DNA of 64,000 nucleotides from Heterodontus francisci. Its lineage: Eukaryota. Position numbers and translations under genes: made by a program. The notes beneath the pieces are model-generated. The model saw only the letters and a program-made list of their open reading frames with translations, had not been told where the DNA came from and made no database searches. Position 1 is the first letter of the stretch, and every line of letters begins with the position of its first letter. Location: assembly GCF_036365525.1 (NCBI RefSeq), contig NC_090397.1:23558034-23622033 (forward strand), written 5' to 3'. Shown in pieces: positions 37,006-50,773 of the stretch.

Positions 37006-37732
37006 TTAGAAACTAAATGCAGGACAGGGCAATGCCTAGCTCACTCTCCGAAGATCCAAGTGGCAAAGTAGAAGTGGCTTCCATTCCAAACAATATTCAT
37101 GGTGAAAGCATTTTTGTCAAACCTTGCTTTGTTAGTTTGAGAACGGAAGAATCTAAAGAGCCATGCATTATCTTTGCTGTGATGTGCAATGAAAAGAATA
37201 ATACTCCATAATTGAGCTATACTTAATTAATACAATCATGTGACCTAATGTGATTTACATCAATGCATCGTGTTTGTTGTAAACAGATGCGGAATCACCA
37301 AATGCATTTTCATGATAACAGTGCCCCTTTAAAATACAAGCCAATTCTGGAGGCTAAAACTGAAAAAGGATGATCAATTAAATTTAAACAGAAACCTGTG
37401 AAAGATTATCAGATAAACTGACTCATCCCATCAGAAGAAAAGAAACCATTGCCAAGACTATACTTACCCGGAAGAGCTTAATAATATTGTGGCATAATAA
37501 CTCTTGAGTTTTAATAATAGGTCATCCAGGAGATTAAAGTGATATGTTGATTGTTGCAATGCTTTGAAAACTGCTTCAAATAGGGGGTGGGGGGTGGTTA
37601 ATGATTGTGAGTTTACAAGACTACCAGCATGATAAAAGGAGAAAGTAACTGAGAGTTGTTGCCTGTAGCTGGAGGATTAGATTAAGCTGATAACCTGCAG
37701 TTTCCTCTGGAGTGGGATCAGATAAAAGCCTG

Positions 37733-40383
37733 AAGAGCCAGCAGGCCTCGCTCTTTGCCAAGGAGGCCTCCAAGATCATCTTCCGGTCCAGAGTCCGCTC
37801 CATCGAGCAGGATGAGACGTGCTCGCGTTACCTCTTCCAAAAGGTACACAGAGAGAGCTCTGTTATCAGCAGCCTGAAGGGAGAGGATGGCTCGGTAACG
37901 TCTTCGCAGTCCGACATACTAAGGATCAGCAAATCCTTTTATGCTGGGCTGTATGACGCGAAACCCACAGACTGCAGAACCTCCCAGTCCTTCCTGTCAT
38001 CTATCACAGAGGTCTTAGATGACAGCAGGAGGGAGAGACTGGACAAGCCGCTAACTCTGGACGAGCTGACAAAGGCCGTCGAGTCCTTCGAGACAAGTAA
38101 AACTCCCGGAAGCGACGGCTTACCAGTCGAGTTGTACTCGGCCCTGTGGGTCTGGGTCGGACCGGACCTGCTGGAAGTATACGAGAGTATGCTCCTGGCC
38201 GGCAGCATGTCAGAATCCATGAGGAAAGGCATCATCCCCCGCATCTACAAGCGGAAGGGGGAGAGGGCAGAAATCAGCAATTGGCGGCCCATTTCACTGC
38301 TTAATGTTGACTGCAAGATTCTGTCCAAAGTCATAGCCAGTCAAGTCAAGTCTGCTCTGGAGTTGGTGATCCACCCCGATCAGACCTGTACTGTACCCGG
38401 CAGGAAGATCTCTGAAAGTCTCGCGCTACTCAGGGATATGATCGCCTATGTGCGGGACAGGAGGGTGGACACCTGCCTCATCAGCCTGGACAGGAGAAGG
38501 CTTTTGACAGGATATCGCACACCTACATGATGGACGTGCTTTCCAAAATGGGGTTTGGGGAGGGAATCAAACTGCTCTACGCAAACATCAGTAGCGCAGT
38601 CTCAATCAATGGGTGGGAATCGGAAAGCTTCCCGATCCAATCTGGAGTCAGACAGGGCTGTCCTCTCTCCCCTGTCTTGTTTGTTTGCTGTATTGAACCC
38701 TTTGCTGAGTCTATTAGGAAGGATGCGAGCATAAGAGGGGTGACAATCCCAGGCAGCGGAGGCACTCAGGTTAAAACCTCCCTGTACATGGACGACGTCG
38801 CCGTCTTCTGCTCGGATCCGCTGTCCATGCGCAGACTGATGAGCATCTGCGACCAGTTCGAATTGGCCTCGGGAGCCAAAGTTAACCACGGCAAGAGCAA
38901 GGCCATGTTCTTTGGGAACTGGGCTGACCGATCGTTTGTCCCCTTCACCGTCAGGTCTGACTACCTGATGGTGCTGGGGATATGGTTCGGAAGGGCCGGG
39001 GCGTGCACCAAAACCTGGGAGGAGCAAGTAGCCAAGGTACAACAAAAGTTGAGCATGTGGGGGCAGCGATCTTTCTCCATTGTGGGTCAGAACCTGGTCA
39101 TCAGGTGCGAGGCGCTCACGTTGTTGCTGTACATGGCGCAGGTCTGGCCCATACCCCACTCCTGTGCTGTGGCGGTCACCCGAGCCATTTTCCGCTTCAT
39201 CTGGGGATCTAAAATGGACCGGGTCCGGAGGGACACGATGTTCAAATCTCTGGATAAAGGTGGGAAAAATGTACCCAACGTGGCCCTCATCCTGTTGACC
39301 ACCTTCGTGTGCAGCTGCATCAAGCTGTGTGTAGACCTCCAGTACGCAAACTCCAAGTATCACTACGTGCTGAGGTTCTATCTGTCCCCGGTGTTGCGAA
39401 GGATGGGCCTGGTCACATTGTCGCGGAATGCTCCATGCAGTTGGACCGTGCCGTACCACCTATCCTTCGTGGAGCAGTTTCTGCAGGAAAACACCTTCGA
39501 CCACCGATCCATCAGCCAGTGGTCTGCACGGAACATCCTCAAGGCCCTACGGGAAAAGGAGACGGGGGATCCTGTCGGATGGTTCCCCGAGCAGACCGCC
39601 AAAGTCATTTGGCGGAATGCCTCATCACCAGAACTTTCAAACAAGCACCAAGATGTAGCTTGGCTGGTGGTGAGAAGGGACCTCCCCGTCAGATCCTTCA
39701 TGCACGCCCGAAGTCTCGCCCCCTCCGCGCAATGCCCCCGCGGGGGCTGTGGTGGGGAAGAGACTGTTGCCCACCTGCTCCTGGAATGTGTCTTTGCAAA
39801 GCAGGTGTGGAAAGAGATGCAGTGGTTTTTGTTGAGGTTCATCCCAAGCAGCTCTGTAACACAGGAGTCTGTGCTCTACGGGCTGTTCCCAGGGACGCAC
39901 ACCGAGACAAACATCAACTGCTGCTGGAGGACTATCAATTCGGTGAAAGACGCCCTTTGGTCTGCCCGAAACCTGCTGGTCTTCCAGCGCAAAGAGTTGT
40001 CCACGACCGAGTGTTGCAGACTGGCAACATTCCAAGGTCCAGGACTATGTGCTGAGGGACGCACTAAAGCTTGGGGCAGCCACAGCAAAGGCTCAATGGG
40101 GAAAGACCACAGTGTAAGGTCCCCCCACCAAGCTGAATTGAGGGGCCGGATCCATGGAAAACCCCTCGAACTGTATCCGGAAAATTTTCATTTGCTGTAA
40201 ATGTAAAAATGTAATTGGCATGACAATTGTGAAATGGAAGGGTTGTGAAGCAACTCATGATTGTATTGAAAGAAACTGATCTCCCTTGGAATGTTTGTAT
40301 TTTTTGGTGCTGTTTGAAACTGTTTGGGAATGTAATTTTTACAGATTTTTATGAATAAAGTATATTTTGGAAATAAAAAAAAA
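37733..40383 (+). mobile_element. Tx1-type L1-clade LINE, 5'-truncated, recent
   Basis: KTPGSDGLP, NWRPISLLNVDCKIL, GVRQGCPLSP, YMDD and the C-terminal CPRGGCGGEETVAHLLLEC zinc motif. AATAAA plus poly(A). TSD ATCAGATAAAAGCCTG at 37717-37732 and 40384-40399. Frameshifts near 38490 and 40030. Confidence 0.93.
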
Positions 40384-41059
40384 ATCAGATAAAAGCCTGC
40401 CTGAAAATGTTTGGCACCTTACTTTCACCATATGTGTTTAAGCTTTAGATCGCAGCAAAATACTAAAGTGTTGTCCTATGACCATAAAAAGCACATCCCT
40501 GACCCCCACAATGTCTCCTGTTACACAGTGACCTGGTTCCACGACTCAGTTACTTCACTTGTGCATGTCAATGAAATACTGGAATGGCAGGATAAATCTT
40601 GAGAATGTGCACTCCCTCCACGAAGACTCACCCACCAGGTGCCCATATTGGGAAATGGTGGGTGCGGTACTATGACTTTTAAACATGAAAATTGTGAGCT
40701 GTTTGTCCGTGATTTCCATATAGGTGGTCCCAGCAGGGAAATTTTGTATTGCGAGCTTGCAAAACAAATATTCAGTTCTTTACAAAATCTCCATACATAT
40801 GCTTTGCATAGTGCTTCATGCACTAAACATTATATGCTTTAAGTTTGCAAGCTTGACTATGCAGACTTCGCAGAGTGGAATGAATTTATCAGATCAATCA
40901 TACCTCCACCCCCCGCAATCCCCCCACAACATGCTACCCTCTTTTCAGCCAATTGTCTTATGGATAAAGGCTCCGCTTTTTGGTATTGTTCTGTCATACA
41001 GCGACCAGAAGGCCCTAAGCTCTAATCCTGCTCTATGCTGAGTTAGCTAATATCAACAC

Positions 41060-41600
41060 AGAATCATAGATACATGGAAAATCTACGGCACAGAGGGAGG
41101 TCATTTGGCCCATGGTGTCTGTGCTAGCTGAAAAAGAGCTATCCAGCCTAATCCCATGTTCCAGCTCTTGGTCCATAGCCCTGTAGATTACAACACTTCA
41201 AGTGCATATCCAAGTATTTTTAAATGTGATGAGGGTTTCTGCATCTACCACACTTTCAGGCAGTGAGTTCCTGATACCCACCACCCTCTGGGTGAAAAAA
41301 ATATCTCCTCAACTCCCCTCTAATCCTCCTTCAAATTATTTTAAATCTATGCCCCAAATAGGAACTTCATATCCACTTTATCTAGGCCCTTCCTAATTAT
41401 ATACACCTCAATTAAATCTTCCCTCAGCTTCCTCTGTTTCAAAGAAAACAACTCCAGCCTATCCAATCTTTCCTCATGGCTAAAATTCTCCATTCCTGGC
41501 AACATCCTTATGAATTGTCCCTGTACTCTCTCTACTGCAATCACATGCTTCCTGCAATGCTGTGACCAGAACTGTACGCAGTACTCTTGCTGTGGCCCCA
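41060..41600 (-). mobile_element. CR1 3' fragment
   Basis: AVERVQGQFIRMLPGMENFSHEERLDRLELFSL. Confidence 0.85.
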
Positions 41601-41947
41601 GCCATTAATCTCAACAGGAGTGGCCCAATTGATTTCATTGTCCCTGGAGGCGTAAAAACAGCCAGTGACCTCTGCTGGAAAGTGCTTATGTGGATATAGG
41701 GTAAGAAGAGAATTAGCCTCGGCTGTGGTACTCACTGACACTCACTATCTAGATTCAGACATGAAGGTGGTTATATGTTAGTTATTGGCTGCTTGCTGGT
41801 TGGTACCCATTATACAGACACCTTCAAAATAGGATGGAGAGCACTGAGAGAAATTGAAGACCTTGGGCTGAACCTTTGCTTTGGGGGCAGCAAACAGGAG
41901 CCGGGTTTGTTTCTGGGTTGCCAAATCTGTCCTCGGGAGAAACAGTC

Positions 41948-42585
41948 ACTGGTTGGAATTTTGACTGGGCCCCCCTTTAATTGGCATGGCGATGGCTTCC
42001 CCATTCAATTAAGGGTGGCGGCCAGGCTCTCAAAGCTCAGGGTCAATCAGAGGCTTTCCAGCTGCAGAGGAACACCTGCCTGCAGTAAATGGTAAGTAAC
42101 TGAGAGAGTGCTTCAACAAGAAGGTGACCTCTCAGCTACTTCTTAAAAAAAATTAATTAAAAAATAGAGAAAGCAGCCAGGCCACCACTGTTAAGGGGGA
42201 ATCCCTATACAGTGCGGCCTTTGGCTGCACCCACACCCAGGCAGGCAGGGAGGGCCTGTCGGCCTCCCTGGAGCACTGGCACCCTGGCCTGCTGCTGGGT
42301 GCCCGCCTGCAGGCAGTTGATCTGGCTCACTCTGTCATGTCGGGAAACTGGAGGCCGACTGTAAAATCACAGTTGGCCTCCTTAACTTATCTTTAACGAG
42401 TCTCTTATTGAGCCTAATTGGCTGCCCCCTTGTGGGGTTGGGCAGCCCTGCTGGACCCCAAACCGGTTCCACCAAAATGGTCACACCAAAAGTGGGGTCG
42501 GGAAACCAGCACGCTGGTCGGTTCCAGTATTTTCGAGCCTTGTCCGCCTCTGTTTCCGAGCTGAGCTGGGCCTGACAATCCAGCC
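41948..42585. mobile_element. Harbinger-type MITE
   Basis: 'tggttggaattttgac' ... 'gacaatccagccc'; internal 'ttaattggc' motifs. Confidence 0.55.
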
Positions 42586-42799
42586 CTTTTTCTCATTTAG
42601 GTACTCAGGGTCGGTATCAGGTTCTGGCAGTTCACAGATCAGATACAAAATAAGGTTTTGCTTTGTTTGAAGTGTGTGCATCAGTCTAGCACAGCTTCTG
42701 TCCCAGTAGTGTGACAATTCAAACTTCAAGGCTTGTGATATGATGTCTAAATTGTGTGTGCTAGTTTTAATTACCTTTATTGAAATATATAGGAGGAAG

Positions 42800-43250
42800 A
42801 TCTGCACTTACACCTTTTGTGGTCTCAGAATGTCGGAAAGTGTTTTACAGTTAACAAAGTACTATTTTGACATGTAGTTTGTTGTAATGTAAGAAACACA
42901 GCAGCCAATTTGTGCACAGCAATGTCCCACAAACAGGAATGAGATAATGACCAGTTAATATGTTTTTAGTGATGTTGGCTGAGGGATAAATGTTGACCAG
43001 GACCAGGGAAAATTCGCCTGCTCTTCTTTGAAATAGTGTCACGAGATCTTTGGAATCCACCAGAAAGGGAAGACAGGACCTCAGTTTAAACATTTCTTCT
43101 GAAATACGGCACCTCAGACAGTGCAGCACTCCAGCAATACTGCACTGGGATCTCAGCCTAGAATTTATATTCAAATCCCTGGAGTGGGGCTTAAATTGTG
43201 ACCTTTTGACTTAGAGGTGAGAGTACTACCACTGAGGTATGGCTGACAGG
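42800..43250 (-). mobile_element. Deu-domain SINE (SacSINE1/AmnSINE1-like), near full length
   Basis: Reverse complement of the Deu core ('gacagtgcagcactccagcaatactgcactggg', 'gcagccaatttgtgcacagc'), with the tRNA-like head at the right end. Confidence 0.8.
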
Positions 43251-43345
43251 AGAACAAATAAGACTTTGGTCATTCTCACTAGTGAATTTGCAACATCTAG
43301 ACAGCATTGAGAACAAACCAGCCAGGCCCAACAAGCTCAGACACT

Positions 43346-44153
43346 GGGCTGGATTTTAAAGCCTCTCCGACACTGGGAACGGTGACGGGGAAGCAATGAA
43401 GATCGGTACAGAGGAGGCCCGCTACCGACCCCGATGGCGGCAGGCCCCTTACCGATCTCGGCAGTGGCGGCGGTAAGGTCTCGTGGCAGCCGCCCCGCCG
43501 CTCGGCGATGGGACCCACATTAAAATATATTAATGCCTACTTACCATGCAGGCCGCAGCGATTCTTCCAGCACATTTCAATCTTTGTTCTGGTGGCCGGC
43601 AATGCCGTGCCTTTGAATCCTATTCGGGGAAACACAGTGCAACACCTGTGGGGACGGGGGAGGAGGTGATTTTCTCTGTGCAGGAGTGCGGGACAGGGGT
43701 TAGAATGCCTCGGATTGGTTGGTGGGGGGCGGTGTTGTTGATGGGAAGGGGTAAAAGATAAAGGTTCCGACCTTTTCAGGGGGAGGTCAAATGTTCACGT
43801 TAGCAATTTTGAGAGGGAAAAGGGCAAGAATGTTGTGATATGCCATGGTGGGGGGGAGGGAGGTGGGTGGGAGAGGGAACGGAACGGTTATTTTGTTCAT
43901 TTTTAAAGAACTTTACACTAACTGGCCCTTGAAAATTTAAATGCACATTGAGGGCTGTAAGCCCTTTAAAAATGGTGTCGGCGCACATGTATTGGTGCCG
44001 GACGCTGTCCATCCCCTCCATGTCATCGTGGGGGGCGGGCTCCGTGGCCATGCTAATGAGCCACTGCATTTCAAATCGTGATCCCTGTGCATACGGGCCA
44101 CATTTTTTTACACCCACTGCCTGTTTCGGCGGCAGAGTCTTAAAATGCAGCCC
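43346..44153. mobile_element. Harbinger-type MITE
   Basis: TIRs 'gggctggattttaa' / 'ttaaaatgcagccc'; CpG-rich interior. Confidence 0.8.
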
Positions 44154-44461
44154 AGTGTGTTATTTGGCAGCATAGAAGATAGATTGAAAAACACAAATAA
44201 TGCTCTCCACAGATCTGGGGGTTGGAGGATAACAATTCAATATTTATAAAATCCCGGTAGATCACAAGCAGGGCTGATCATATCATACAGCACTTTGAAC
44301 TCATTTCCTCCGTGAGTTGTACTGGAAAGGTGAGTCCGTGGCACGACACAAATAATTTAAGAAGCTTTTATTTTCACCGGTAACAGTACAACAACAGCTT
44401 GGCCGAACACATTCTGTGAAGTTTATCCTTTCCTAATTAACACAAACAGCTTAGAAGCACT

Positions 44462-45385
44462 ACAACAACAACTTATATTTCTATAGTGCCTTTAACAATA
44501 ATGAAATATCCCAAGGCACTTCACAGGGGCATTATAAAACAAAATATGACACTGAAACACATAAGGCGATATTAGGGAAGGTGACCAAAAGCCGGGTCAA
44601 AGAGGCAGGCTTTAAGGAGTGTCTTGAAGGAAAAAGTGAGGTAGAGAGGCGGAGAGGTTCAGGGAGGGAATTCCAGAGCTTGGGGCCTAGACAACTGAAG
44701 GCGCAGCTGCCAATGGTGGAGTGATTAAAATCGGGGATGCTCAAGAGGCCAGAATTAAAGGAGCGCAGACATTTCAGAGAGTTGTGGGGCTGGAGGAGAA
44801 TACAGATATAGGGATGGGCGAGGACATGGAGGGATTTGAAAACAATGATGAGAATTTTAAAATCAAGACGCTGCTTGACCAGGAGCCAATGTACATCAGC
44901 AAGCACAGGGGTGATAGGCAAACGGGAGTTAGGACACGGACAGCAAAGTTTTGGATGACCTCAGATTTACAGAGGGTAGAATATGGGAGACCAGCCAAGA
45001 GTGCATTGGAATAGTCAAGTCTAGAGGTAACAAAGGCATGAATGAAGGGGTCAACGGCGGATGAGCTGAGACAGGGGTGAAGTTGGGGGATGTTACGGAG
45101 GTGGAAATAGGCGCTATTGATGGCATGAATATGAGGTCGGAAGCTCATCTCGGGGTCAAATGTGATACCAAGGTTGCAAACAGACTGGCTTAATGTCAGA
45201 CTGTTGTCAGGGAGAGGGATGGGGAACGAAGGTTTCAATCTTCACACTATGTAATTGTAAAACATTTCTGCTCATCCAGTACTGGATGTCGGATAAGCAG
45301 TCTGATTATTTAACAGATTAGAAATAGCAGGGGACCAAGAGAGGGGCCAAGGATAGATCCTTGGGGGATACCGGAAGTAACAATG
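44462..45385 (-). mobile_element. L2 LINE 3' fragment
   Basis: NLGITFDPEMSF...FIHAFVTSRLDYSNALLAGLP, ITPVLADVHWL; (CAA)n tail. Confidence 0.9.
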
Positions 45386-45459
45386 AAACGTTGAAAACAT
45401 AAACTGAAATATCCAGGTTTACAATGATGGTCTTTAAATATTATACAATATATTGTTTA

Positions 45460-45758
45460 AGGACGTGGGAGTCAGTTGCCAGTGATCGCCAGAGCTGGCG
45501 GACAACCATAAAGGCGGGGCTAAAGAGTGGCGAGTCACAGAAACTTAGCAGTTGGCAGGAAAAAAAAACAGAAGTGCAAGGAGAGAGCCAACTGTGTAAC
45601 AGCCCCGACAACCAATTTTATCTGCAGTGCCCGTGGAAGAGTCTGTCAGTCTAGAATTGGCCTTTATAGCCACTCCAGGCGCTGCTCCACAAACCACTGA
45701 CCTCCTCTAGGCGATTACCCATTGTCTCTCGAGACGAGGAGGCCAAAGAAGAAGAGAA
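45460..45758 (+). mobile_element. RTE (BovB-like) LINE 3' end
   Basis: WESVASDRQSWRTTIK followed by a Cys/His C-terminal motif (SRIGLYSHSRRC); tail 'gtctctcgagac...aaagaagaag'. Confidence 0.8.
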
Positions 45759-46575
45759 GATTGCATAAGACCTTATTCCTTCCAGCACTCACTCAAAGTG
45801 GCCACTAGTTACATATTACATATCATTTACAGAACTGAAACAGGCCATCTGGCCCATTAGTGGTGTTTATGCTCCACACAAGCTTCCTTCTACTTCATCT
45901 CACCCTATTGATATAGCTTTCATGTCAGTCTTAACAGTGAGTGCTGCCATTGTATTTGATCTTCCGGAAGAGGCATCACAACTGAGATTAATCCTGACCT
46001 TAGCTGATGCCCAAGCTTACATGCTTCTGGCAGGGGCTGGTGGATAGTGCTCAGGAGCAGGAATCCTAGCCAATTTTAAGATCTGTAGTCCAGAGCACCG
46101 AGGCCACTTTCAGCACTGCCACTTACAGCCTGGCTGAGACGCAAGCACAGACTGATGAGTGAAGCTGCCAATGGGAGGTCTGGATGGCTTGGTGACTCAC
46201 TAGTTAAATTGACTGAGCCTTTTGTAAACTTCTGTAGTTAGGTTGCAGTTTTCAGCCATGATACAGACATGTGCTTGTTTCTTTTTGGTTGTCATTATTT
46301 TTGGGTCATTCCTGTTAGCAGAGATTGAATCCCATACAATACATATTTCTCAGGCAGTTTTCATGTTGAATGTTGTGCTCACACATTTATTGACAGTGTT
46401 CACTTCCTGACTACATTTTATTACATTAAAGGTGCTATATATACGTTGTTATTGTTTCCACTGACAACACAAATCAGTTAGTTTGCTGAATCAGTCCATT
46501 GTGTGGTGCAGTATAGAGCCACACATCCTAAGTTTGATTCTTGACCTGTCCTAGGCTGACTAATCTCAGCTGTCA

Positions 46576-46748
46576 GTAGCACCAGCACCAGTAGCGCCAA
46601 CAGCAACAGCAGCAACAGCACCAACACCAGTGCCATCACCAGCAGAACTACCAGCACCACCCAATTCCAGCAGCACCAACACCAGCACCAAAGCTAGCAG
46701 CAGCAGGAGCACCAGCACCAGTAACACCAGCAGCACGAGCATCAGCAA
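46576..46748 (+). repeat. Compound (CAG/CAC/CAA)n trinucleotide repeat
   Basis: 'agcaccagcaccagtagcgccaacagcaacagcagc...' over about 170 bp. Confidence 0.9.
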
Positions 46749-46867
46749 ATTATAGCTAGAGTTAGCACTCACCATCAACGAGAGGAAAATTCATTTCAAT
46801 TTCCTGTAGCTGATTCCTGTCCACCTGATGGAAAATATGCAGTCCGCATGCACAGGATTTTCCACCT

Positions 46868-48010
46868 AGAGATATAGAGTCATTTACGGCAAAGAAGGAG
46901 GCCACTCGGCCCATCAATTCCATTCTGGCTCTTCACTGATCCATCCAGTCAGTCCCACTCCCCCGCTCGATCCCCGTAGCCTTGCAAGTCTATTTCATTC
47001 AAGTGGCCATCCAATTTCCTTTTGAAGCCATTGACTGTCTCTGCTTCCAACACTCTCATGGGCAGCGAGTTCCAGGTCGCTACCACCCGCTGCGTAAAAA
47101 AGTTCTTCCTCATATTCTCTCTACATCTCTTGCCCAAAACCTTCAATCTCCGTCCCTTAGTCCATTCGTTAATGGGAACAGTTTTTCCTTGTCTAACTTA
47201 TCTAAGCCTGTCATAATCGTACATTCTATTAACTTTCCCTTCAATCTCCTTTGTTCTAAGGAGAACCACCTCAGCTTTTCCAACCTAACCTTGTAACTAA
47301 ACTCCCCCATCCCTGGAACCATTCTGGTAAATATCCTCTATACCCTCTCAAGGACCCTCACATTCTTCCTAAAGTGTGGTGACCAGAACTGGACACAATA
47401 ATTCTGTTGAGGCCTAACCAGAGCCTAATAAAGGTTCAGCATAACTTCCCTGCATTTGTACACCTCTATTTATGAAGCCCAAGATCCCATATGCTCTTTC
47501 AATATGTCCTGCCACCTTCAAAGATCAATGCACATGCACTCTCTCTGTTCCTGCACACTCTTTAGAACTGTGCCATTAAGTATATATGGCATCTCCCTAT
47601 TTCGCCTTCCAAAATGCATCACATTACGCTTGCCGGTATTAAATTCCATCTGCCACCTGTCTGCCCATCCTGCTCGTTTATCTATGTCCTGTTGCAGATG
47701 GTCATATCACCCTCACATGTTTGGTATCATCAGCAAATTTTGAAACCTTACTCTGTATTCCAAAATCCAAATTATTTACACAGCAAAAAAAGCAGTGGTT
47801 CCAGCACTGACCCTTGGGGAGCACCACTGTCTACCATCCTCCAGCCTGAAAAACAAACATTTTCTACGTCTCACTGCTTTCTTTCTTGAAGCGAATATTT
47901 TATTCAATTGGATGCTGACCCTCATTCCATGAGCCTCAATTTTGTTAACCAGCCTTTTATGAGGTACCTTATCAAATGCTTTCTGAAAGTCCATATAAAC
48001 AACATCACCT
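46868..48010 (-). mobile_element. CR1 RT to 3' end fragment
   Basis: DVVYMDFQKAFDKVPHKRL; MRKNFFTQRVVATWNSLP. Confidence 0.9.
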
Positions 48011-48087
48011 ATTAAAATCGATTTACTGCAATATGCTTCCTGTGAATGCAGTTCCACGCTGGACACTCGATGCCTTGGCAGCAGCCC

Positions 48088-48180
48088 TTACAAAAGTGAC
48101 TACACTTCAAACATATTTCATTGGCTGTAAAGTGCTTTGGGAGGTCCATTAGTCATCAAAGGTGCTATATGAATGCAAAT
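48088..48180 (+). mobile_element. Deu-SINE 3' tail fragment
   Basis: 'gtgactacacttcaaacatatttcattggctgtaaagtgctttggg...aaaggtgctatatgaatgcaa'. Confidence 0.6.
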
Positions 48181-49720
48181 ACATGACAAAGAAAGTAAAG
48201 ATCACACACACATAGACTCACACACACAATAGATTCCATACTTTGAAACAAAAAAAATCTGTCAAAGGGTTGTTCGGGATCAAAGTCGAATATAACACAA
48301 AACCAACATTGTCAATATTTTCAACTCCAAAAGACCTTTATCCATTCTCACATCAGGTGCTTTCGCTTGTTGACAACGAATTATTAAATATTTTTTAAAT
48401 ATTGTAACTCATGGTTTGACCCTAAAACACAGAAAATATGTCCTTTTCTACAAAGTAACTTTTCAAATTGGGAAGAAAACAATAACTTACATCAAACAGA
48501 TGGTTGTCTGAAAATCATGTGAGGATTCGGCTAGGGAGAGGAAGCCTCCACTCCTGTGCAAGTTACAGTGAAGTGGAACTGCAGGGAGACAGTTTTTCAA
48601 TATCATGACTTCACCTCAGGGATCCAACCATTCGATTCATGTTGCTATCGCAGCTCTATACTAAAAGTGACAGCTATGTGTTAATAAAATGCCATGAGTT
48701 TGCTTGGACTTCTCCAGTACCTCTAAAAATAGAAACATTACATATGTAACATCTTACTAGATGCTTGGTCACCTAGAACCCTGGACAATAATAATGTTTC
48801 ATATTCCCAGAAAGCAGAACAAAAACACGGCCCATTAATACAAACATATTCGTCTGGAATTTGCAGCATTTTTGACGGAAAATTGTCAGTGTTCGCCAGC
48901 ATTACCCCTACGAATCCGACCATGAATTCAGGATTTAGCACAAGTGCAGATAAACACGGAAATCCTGAAGTTGCGGTCTGTCATTCCCATAGGCGGCACT
49001 GTGGGGCCCCAATGTACCCCCACCCACCCCCCCCCCCCAACCTGAGCCAACGATCAGCAAAATCAGTTGATCTGGTGAGAACTTCCTCTTTTCCCAGCTT
49101 CATATTACTGTTAGAAACCCCATAAAACATTAAACCTTGTTCAATGAGGCGTAACTGGGTTTTTAACAGCGATCTGAGTAATAACTACCGCTGATCAACT
49201 GATATGACCCTGAAAAATATATGGAATGCTGTTAAATGTCTCCATTTTGATTAATTACTAGATGGTTTAAACTAGATTTTTAAAATAATTAACAATAGTG
49301 TTTTCATGATATTTCAGCTTCTATCTTCACCTCATGTATATGTCCCAATTTTTATCTCTCTCTGTAAAATGTTTAAATAGTGATTTGATTATTCGTGCTT
49401 TTCATTTCCTGGCTGGTTTTCTGTGAGAATTCTTTAATATGATTTGCTGATTGGAACAGCTAGATGACATCACTGCAACTGCACGCTGGGAATCCCCATT
49501 AAACAACAGTGTAATCAATTGCACATCAACAGAGATAACAACCTCACCACATAGATTGCTAGATCTTACAATGAAACTTCCTTTGAGGTTGGCAGCGAGT
49601 GCCTTTGCTTTGCTGCTGAATGAAAATCCAGGCCTATGATGGTGTGGTAGAGTGGGGTTATGGGGAGGCAATTCACTACATCACCTACAGTGAGCATTTT
49701 CTCTGGCTGTGGTACAATTG

Positions 49721-50056
49721 TGGCACAGTGGCGCAGTGGTTAGCACCGCAGCCTCACAGCTCCAGCGACCCGGGTTTGATTCTGGGTACTGCCTGTGCGG
49801 AGTTTGCAAGTTCTCCCTGTGACCGTGTGGGTTTTCGCCGGGTGCTCCGGTTTCCTCCCACAGCCAAAGACTTGCAGGTTGATAGGTAAATTGGCCATTA
49901 TAAATTGCCCCTCGTATAGGTTGGTGGTAGGGGAATATAGGGACAGGTGGGGATGTGGTAGGAATGTAGGATTAGTATAAACGGGTGGTTGATGGTCGGC
50001 ATAGACCTGGTGGGCCGAAGGGCCTGTTTCAGTGCTGTATCTCTAAATAAAATAAA
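49721..50056 (+). mobile_element. tRNA-derived V-SINE (HE1-like) with CR1-type 3' tail
   Basis: A box 'tggcgcagtgg', B box 'ggtttgattc', V-domain 'tgcggagtttgcaagttctccctgtg...gtgctccggtttcctcccaca', and CR1 tail 'gggccgaagggcctgtttcagtgctgtatctc(taaaa)n'. Confidence 0.9.
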
Positions 50057-50773
50057 TTCCTGGAGGGCAGTGCAGGAGCTGGGTATCATATTTACTTTTG
50101 ATTCATCATTCTTGGACACTCAAAGCCTCCAGGCCTTCAACTAACAAAAAACATTAGTCAATCTGTCACTAGGTCCTGCTGCTTCACGTCTAGATCTTTT
50201 AAAAGTGGCAAGTGGGTTAATGATAAAAGCAGTCGAGCCATTAGAAGGTTGTTTATGGACATTAAATCTTAGCCACTGAACAGCATACTGAAATGGAAGT
50301 GATTGAATCAAGTGTCGATCTACAAAGCAACATTTTGAATAATACTCAGCCACAGGCGGCTCTGCATAAAAATGGACTTCAGGCAAAAAAAATCCCAACC
50401 TTTGACCTTATAAGTCACAGGTTAAACTCAACAATGGATTTCAATCAAATAGAGGTCATGGCTTTTCTTTTTTGTTTTTTTAAATGAATTACTATTCTGG
50501 TTTGTTCAACTCTTCCAGTTTTGACTTCCAGCTACATAACAAGAATGGGTCTGAGCAGAATCTAATTGGCTTAACCCATTATACCTTTCACCTCAGGCAA
50601 AGGGGGATGAAAAGCAAAGTATGAGTGAGATTTGTTTTTGAGATCCCAGTGAGCGACATAGTGAAAAATCACAGAGGGCACAACTATTATTATTCGATAG
50701 GCTGCTCATTGCATGTGAGGCCATACTAGGGGCATAGTATCTGAGATAAATTTGCCCTCGCTTGTGAAACTTA

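Noticed and set aside
46478-46778. Hydrophobic membrane-protein-like ORFs
   Set aside because: Translation artefacts of the trinucleotide repeat.
49721-49790. tRNA gene
   Set aside because: It is the tRNA-derived head of a V-SINE, continuing into the V-domain and a CR1 tail.
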